From NCBI RefSeq assembly GCF_009914755.1, contig NC_060933.1: a stretch of DNA of 64,000 nucleotides. The stretch is one strand, 5' to 3'. Made by a program: the position numbers and the translations under genes. The stretch is from the human T2T-CHM13v2.0 reference genome, Homo sapiens. Shown here one piece after another: positions 61,914-64,000 of the stretch (positions are counted from its first letter, which is position 1; every line of letters starts with the position of its first letter). The notes beneath the pieces are model-generated. The model worked only from the letters and a program-made list of their open reading frames with translations. It had not been told where the DNA came from and did not search any database.

Positions 61914-64000
61914 ATGATTCCGGTGACAGAGCTCCGCTACTTTGCGGACACGCAGCCAGCATACCGGATCCTGAAGCCGTGGTGGGATGTGTTCACAGAC
62001 TACATCTCTATCGTCATGCTGATGATTGCCGTCTTCGGGGGGACGCTGCAGGTCACCCAAGACAAGATGATCTGCCTGCCTTGTAAGTGGGTCACCAAGG
62101 ACTCCTGCAATGATTCGTTCCGGGGCTGGGCAGCCCCTGGCCCGGAGCCCACCTACCCCAACTCCACCATTCTGCCGACCCCTGACACGGGCCCCACAGG
62201 CATCAAGTATGACCTGGACCGGCACCAGTACAACTACGTGGACGCTGTGTGCTATGAGAACCGACTGCACTGGTTTGCCAAGTACTTCCCCTACCTGGTG
62301 CTTCTGCACACGCTCATCTTCCTGGCCTGCAGCAACTTCTGGTTCAAATTCCCGCGCACCAGCTCGAAGCTGGAGCACTTTGTGTCTATCCTGCTGAAGT
62401 GCTTCGACTCGCCCTGGACCACGAGGGCCCTGTCGGAGACAGTGGTGGAGGAGAGCGACCCCAAGCCGGCCTTCAGCAAGATGAATGGGTCCATGGACAA
62501 AAAGTCATCGACCGTCAGTGAGGACGTGGAGGCCACCGTGCCCATGCTGCAGCGGACCAAGTCACGGATCGAGCAGGGTATCGTGGACCGCTCAGAGACG
62601 GGCGTGCTGGACAAGAAGGAGGGGGAGCAAGCCAAGGCGCTGTTTGAGAAGGTGAAGAAGTTCCGGACCCATGTGGAGGAGGGGGACATTGTGTACCGCC
62701 TCTACATGCGGCAGACCATCATCAAGGTGATCAAGTTCATCCTCATCATCTGCTACACCGTCTACTACGTGCACAACATCAAGTTCGACGTGGACTGCAC
62801 CGTGGACATTGAGAGCCTGACGGGCTACCGCACCTACCGCTGTGCCCACCCCCTGGCCACACTCTTCAAGATCCTGGCGTCCTTCTACATCAGCCTAGTC
62901 ATCTTCTACGGCCTCATCTGCATGTATACACTGTGGTGGATGCTACGGCGCTCCCTCAAGAAGTACTCGTTTGAGTCGATCCGTGAGGAGAGCAGCTACA
63001 GCGACATCCCCGACGTCAAGAACGACTTCGCCTTCATGCTGCACCTCATTGACCAATACGACCCGCTCTACTCCAAGCGCTTCGCCGTCTTCCTGTCGGA
63101 GGTGAGTGAGAACAAGCTGCGGCAGCTGAACCTCAACAACGAGTGGACGCTGGACAAGCTCCGGCAGCGGCTCACCAAGAACGCGCAGGACAAGCTGGAG
63201 CTGCACCTGTTCATGCTCAGTGGCATCCCTGACACTGTGTTTGACCTGGTGGAGCTGGAGGTCCTCAAGCTGGAGCTGATCCCCGACGTGACCATCCCGC
63301 CCAGCATTGCCCAGCTCACGGGCCTCAAGGAGCTGTGGCTCTACCACACAGCGGCCAAGATTGAAGCGCCCGCGCTGGCCTTCCTGCGCGAGAACCTGCG
63401 GGCGCTGCACATCAAGTTCACCGACATCAAGGAGATCCCGCTGTGGATCTATAGCCTGAAGACACTGGAGGAGCTGCACCTGACGGGCAACCTGAGCGCG
63501 GAGAACAACCGCTACATCGTCATCGACGGGCTGCGGGAGCTCAAACGCCTCAAGGTGCTGCGGCTCAAGAGCAACCTAAGCAAGCTGCCACAGGTGGTCA
63601 CAGATGTGGGCGTGCACCTGCAGAAGCTGTCCATCAACAATGAGGGCACCAAGCTCATCGTCCTCAACAGCCTCAAGAAGATGGCGAACCTGACTGAGCT
63701 GGAGCTGATCCGCTGTGACCTGGAGCGCATCCCCCACTCCATCTTCAGCCTCCACAACCTGCAGGAGATTGACCTCAAGGACAACAACCTCAAGACCATC
63801 GAGGAGATCATCAGCTTCCAGCACCTGCACCGCCTCACCTGCCTTAAGCTGTGGTACAACCACATCGCCTACATCCCCATCCAGATCGGCAACCTCACCA
63901 ACCTGGAGCGCCTCTACCTGAACCGCAACAAGATCGAGAAGATCCCCACCCAGCTCTTCTACTGCCGCAAGCTGCGCTACCTGGACCTCAGCCACAACAA
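61914..64000 (+). CDS. LRRC8A: Volume-regulated anion channel subunit LRRC8A (SWELL1), partial: first 695 codons, open at the window end
   Basis: Branch point gctaac (61876-61881) and acceptor ttttag|GTTGAACC ATG (exon starts 61906). The uninterrupted frame reads MIPVTELRYFADTQPAYRILKPWWDVFTDYISIVMLMIAVFGGTLQ...DLDRHQYNYVDAVCYE...FAKYFPYLVLLHTLIF... with four TM segments followed by leucine-rich repeats (LKVLRLKSN, LQEIDLKDN, LERLYLNRN, LRYLDLSHN). Confidence 0.99.
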   Translation, partial: MIPVTELRYFADTQPAYRILKPWWDVFTDYISIVMLMIAVFGGTLQVTQDKMICLPCKWVTKDSCNDSFRGWAAPGPEPTYPNSTILPTPDTGPTGIKYDLDRHQYNYVDAVCYENRLHWFAKYFPYLVLLHTLIFLACSNFWFKFPRTSSKLEHFVSILLKCFDSPWTTRALSETVVEESDPKPAFSKMNGSMDKKSSTVSEDVEATVPMLQRTKSRIEQGIVDRSETGVLDKKEGEQAKALFEKVKKFRTHVEEGDIVYRLYMRQTIIKVIKFILIICYTVYYVHNIKFDVDCTVDIESLTGYRTYRCAHPLATLFKILASFYISLVIFYGLICMYTLWWMLRRSLKKYSFESIREESSYSDIPDVKNDFAFMLHLIDQYDPLYSKRFAVFLSEVSENKLRQLNLNNEWTLDKLRQRLTKNAQDKLELHLFMLSGIPDTVFDLVELEVLKLELIPDVTIPPSIAQLTGLKELWLYHTAAKIEAPALAFLRENLRALHIKFTDIKEIPLWIYSLKTLEELHLTGNLSAENNRYIVIDGLRELKRLKVLRLKSNLSKLPQVVTDVGVHLQKLSINNEGTKLIVLNSLKKMANLTELELIRCDLERIPHSIFSLHNLQEIDLKDNNLKTIEEIISFQHLHRLTCLKLWYNHIAYIPIQIGNLTNLERLYLNRNKIEKIPTQLFYCRKLRYLDLSHN

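Noticed and set aside
61902-63995. Several minus-strand ORFs up to 178 aa and shifted plus-strand ORFs
   Set aside because: They are shadow frames of the GC3-rich LRRC8A CDS. Only the 61907-62086 frame is kept, because splicing links it to an upstream ATG.

Overview
This is primate (almost certainly human) genomic DNA from the head-to-head KYAT1 (CCBL1, minus strand) / LRRC8A (SWELL1, plus strand) locus, which share a CpG-island promoter at about 36.4-37.3 kb. The window holds the first coding exon of KYAT1 (127-185) and its ~36 kb first intron, LRRC8A non-coding exons 1 and 2, and the first 695 codons of the LRRC8A CDS (61914 to the window end). The ORF track misses that CDS because no stop codon falls inside the window. 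KYAT1 intron 1 carries a 7222-bp defective HERV-K(HML-2) provirus with ~1-kb LTRs (5003-12224), antisense to KYAT1 and inserted into an Alu. The rest is very Alu-dense, with L1, L2, MaLR/ERVL LTR and Tigger fragments. I see no prokaryote-type system (CRISPR, operons). The best second-look candidates are: (1) an in-frame upstream KYAT1 exon encoding a mitochondrial-presequence-like peptide, whose 5' splice site has a perfect 18-nt complement 18.5 kb away in the same intron; (2) an LRRC8A 5'UTR exon carrying a uORF plus an 86-aa ORF that overlaps the main start; (3) a G-to-A/Trp-to-stop footprint and unusual deletions in the provirus; (4) an ETS-CRE composite site in the bidirectional promoter; (5) unusual Alu insertion structures. 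Gene and repeat identities come from remembered sequences, not database searches, and repeat boundaries are approximate.
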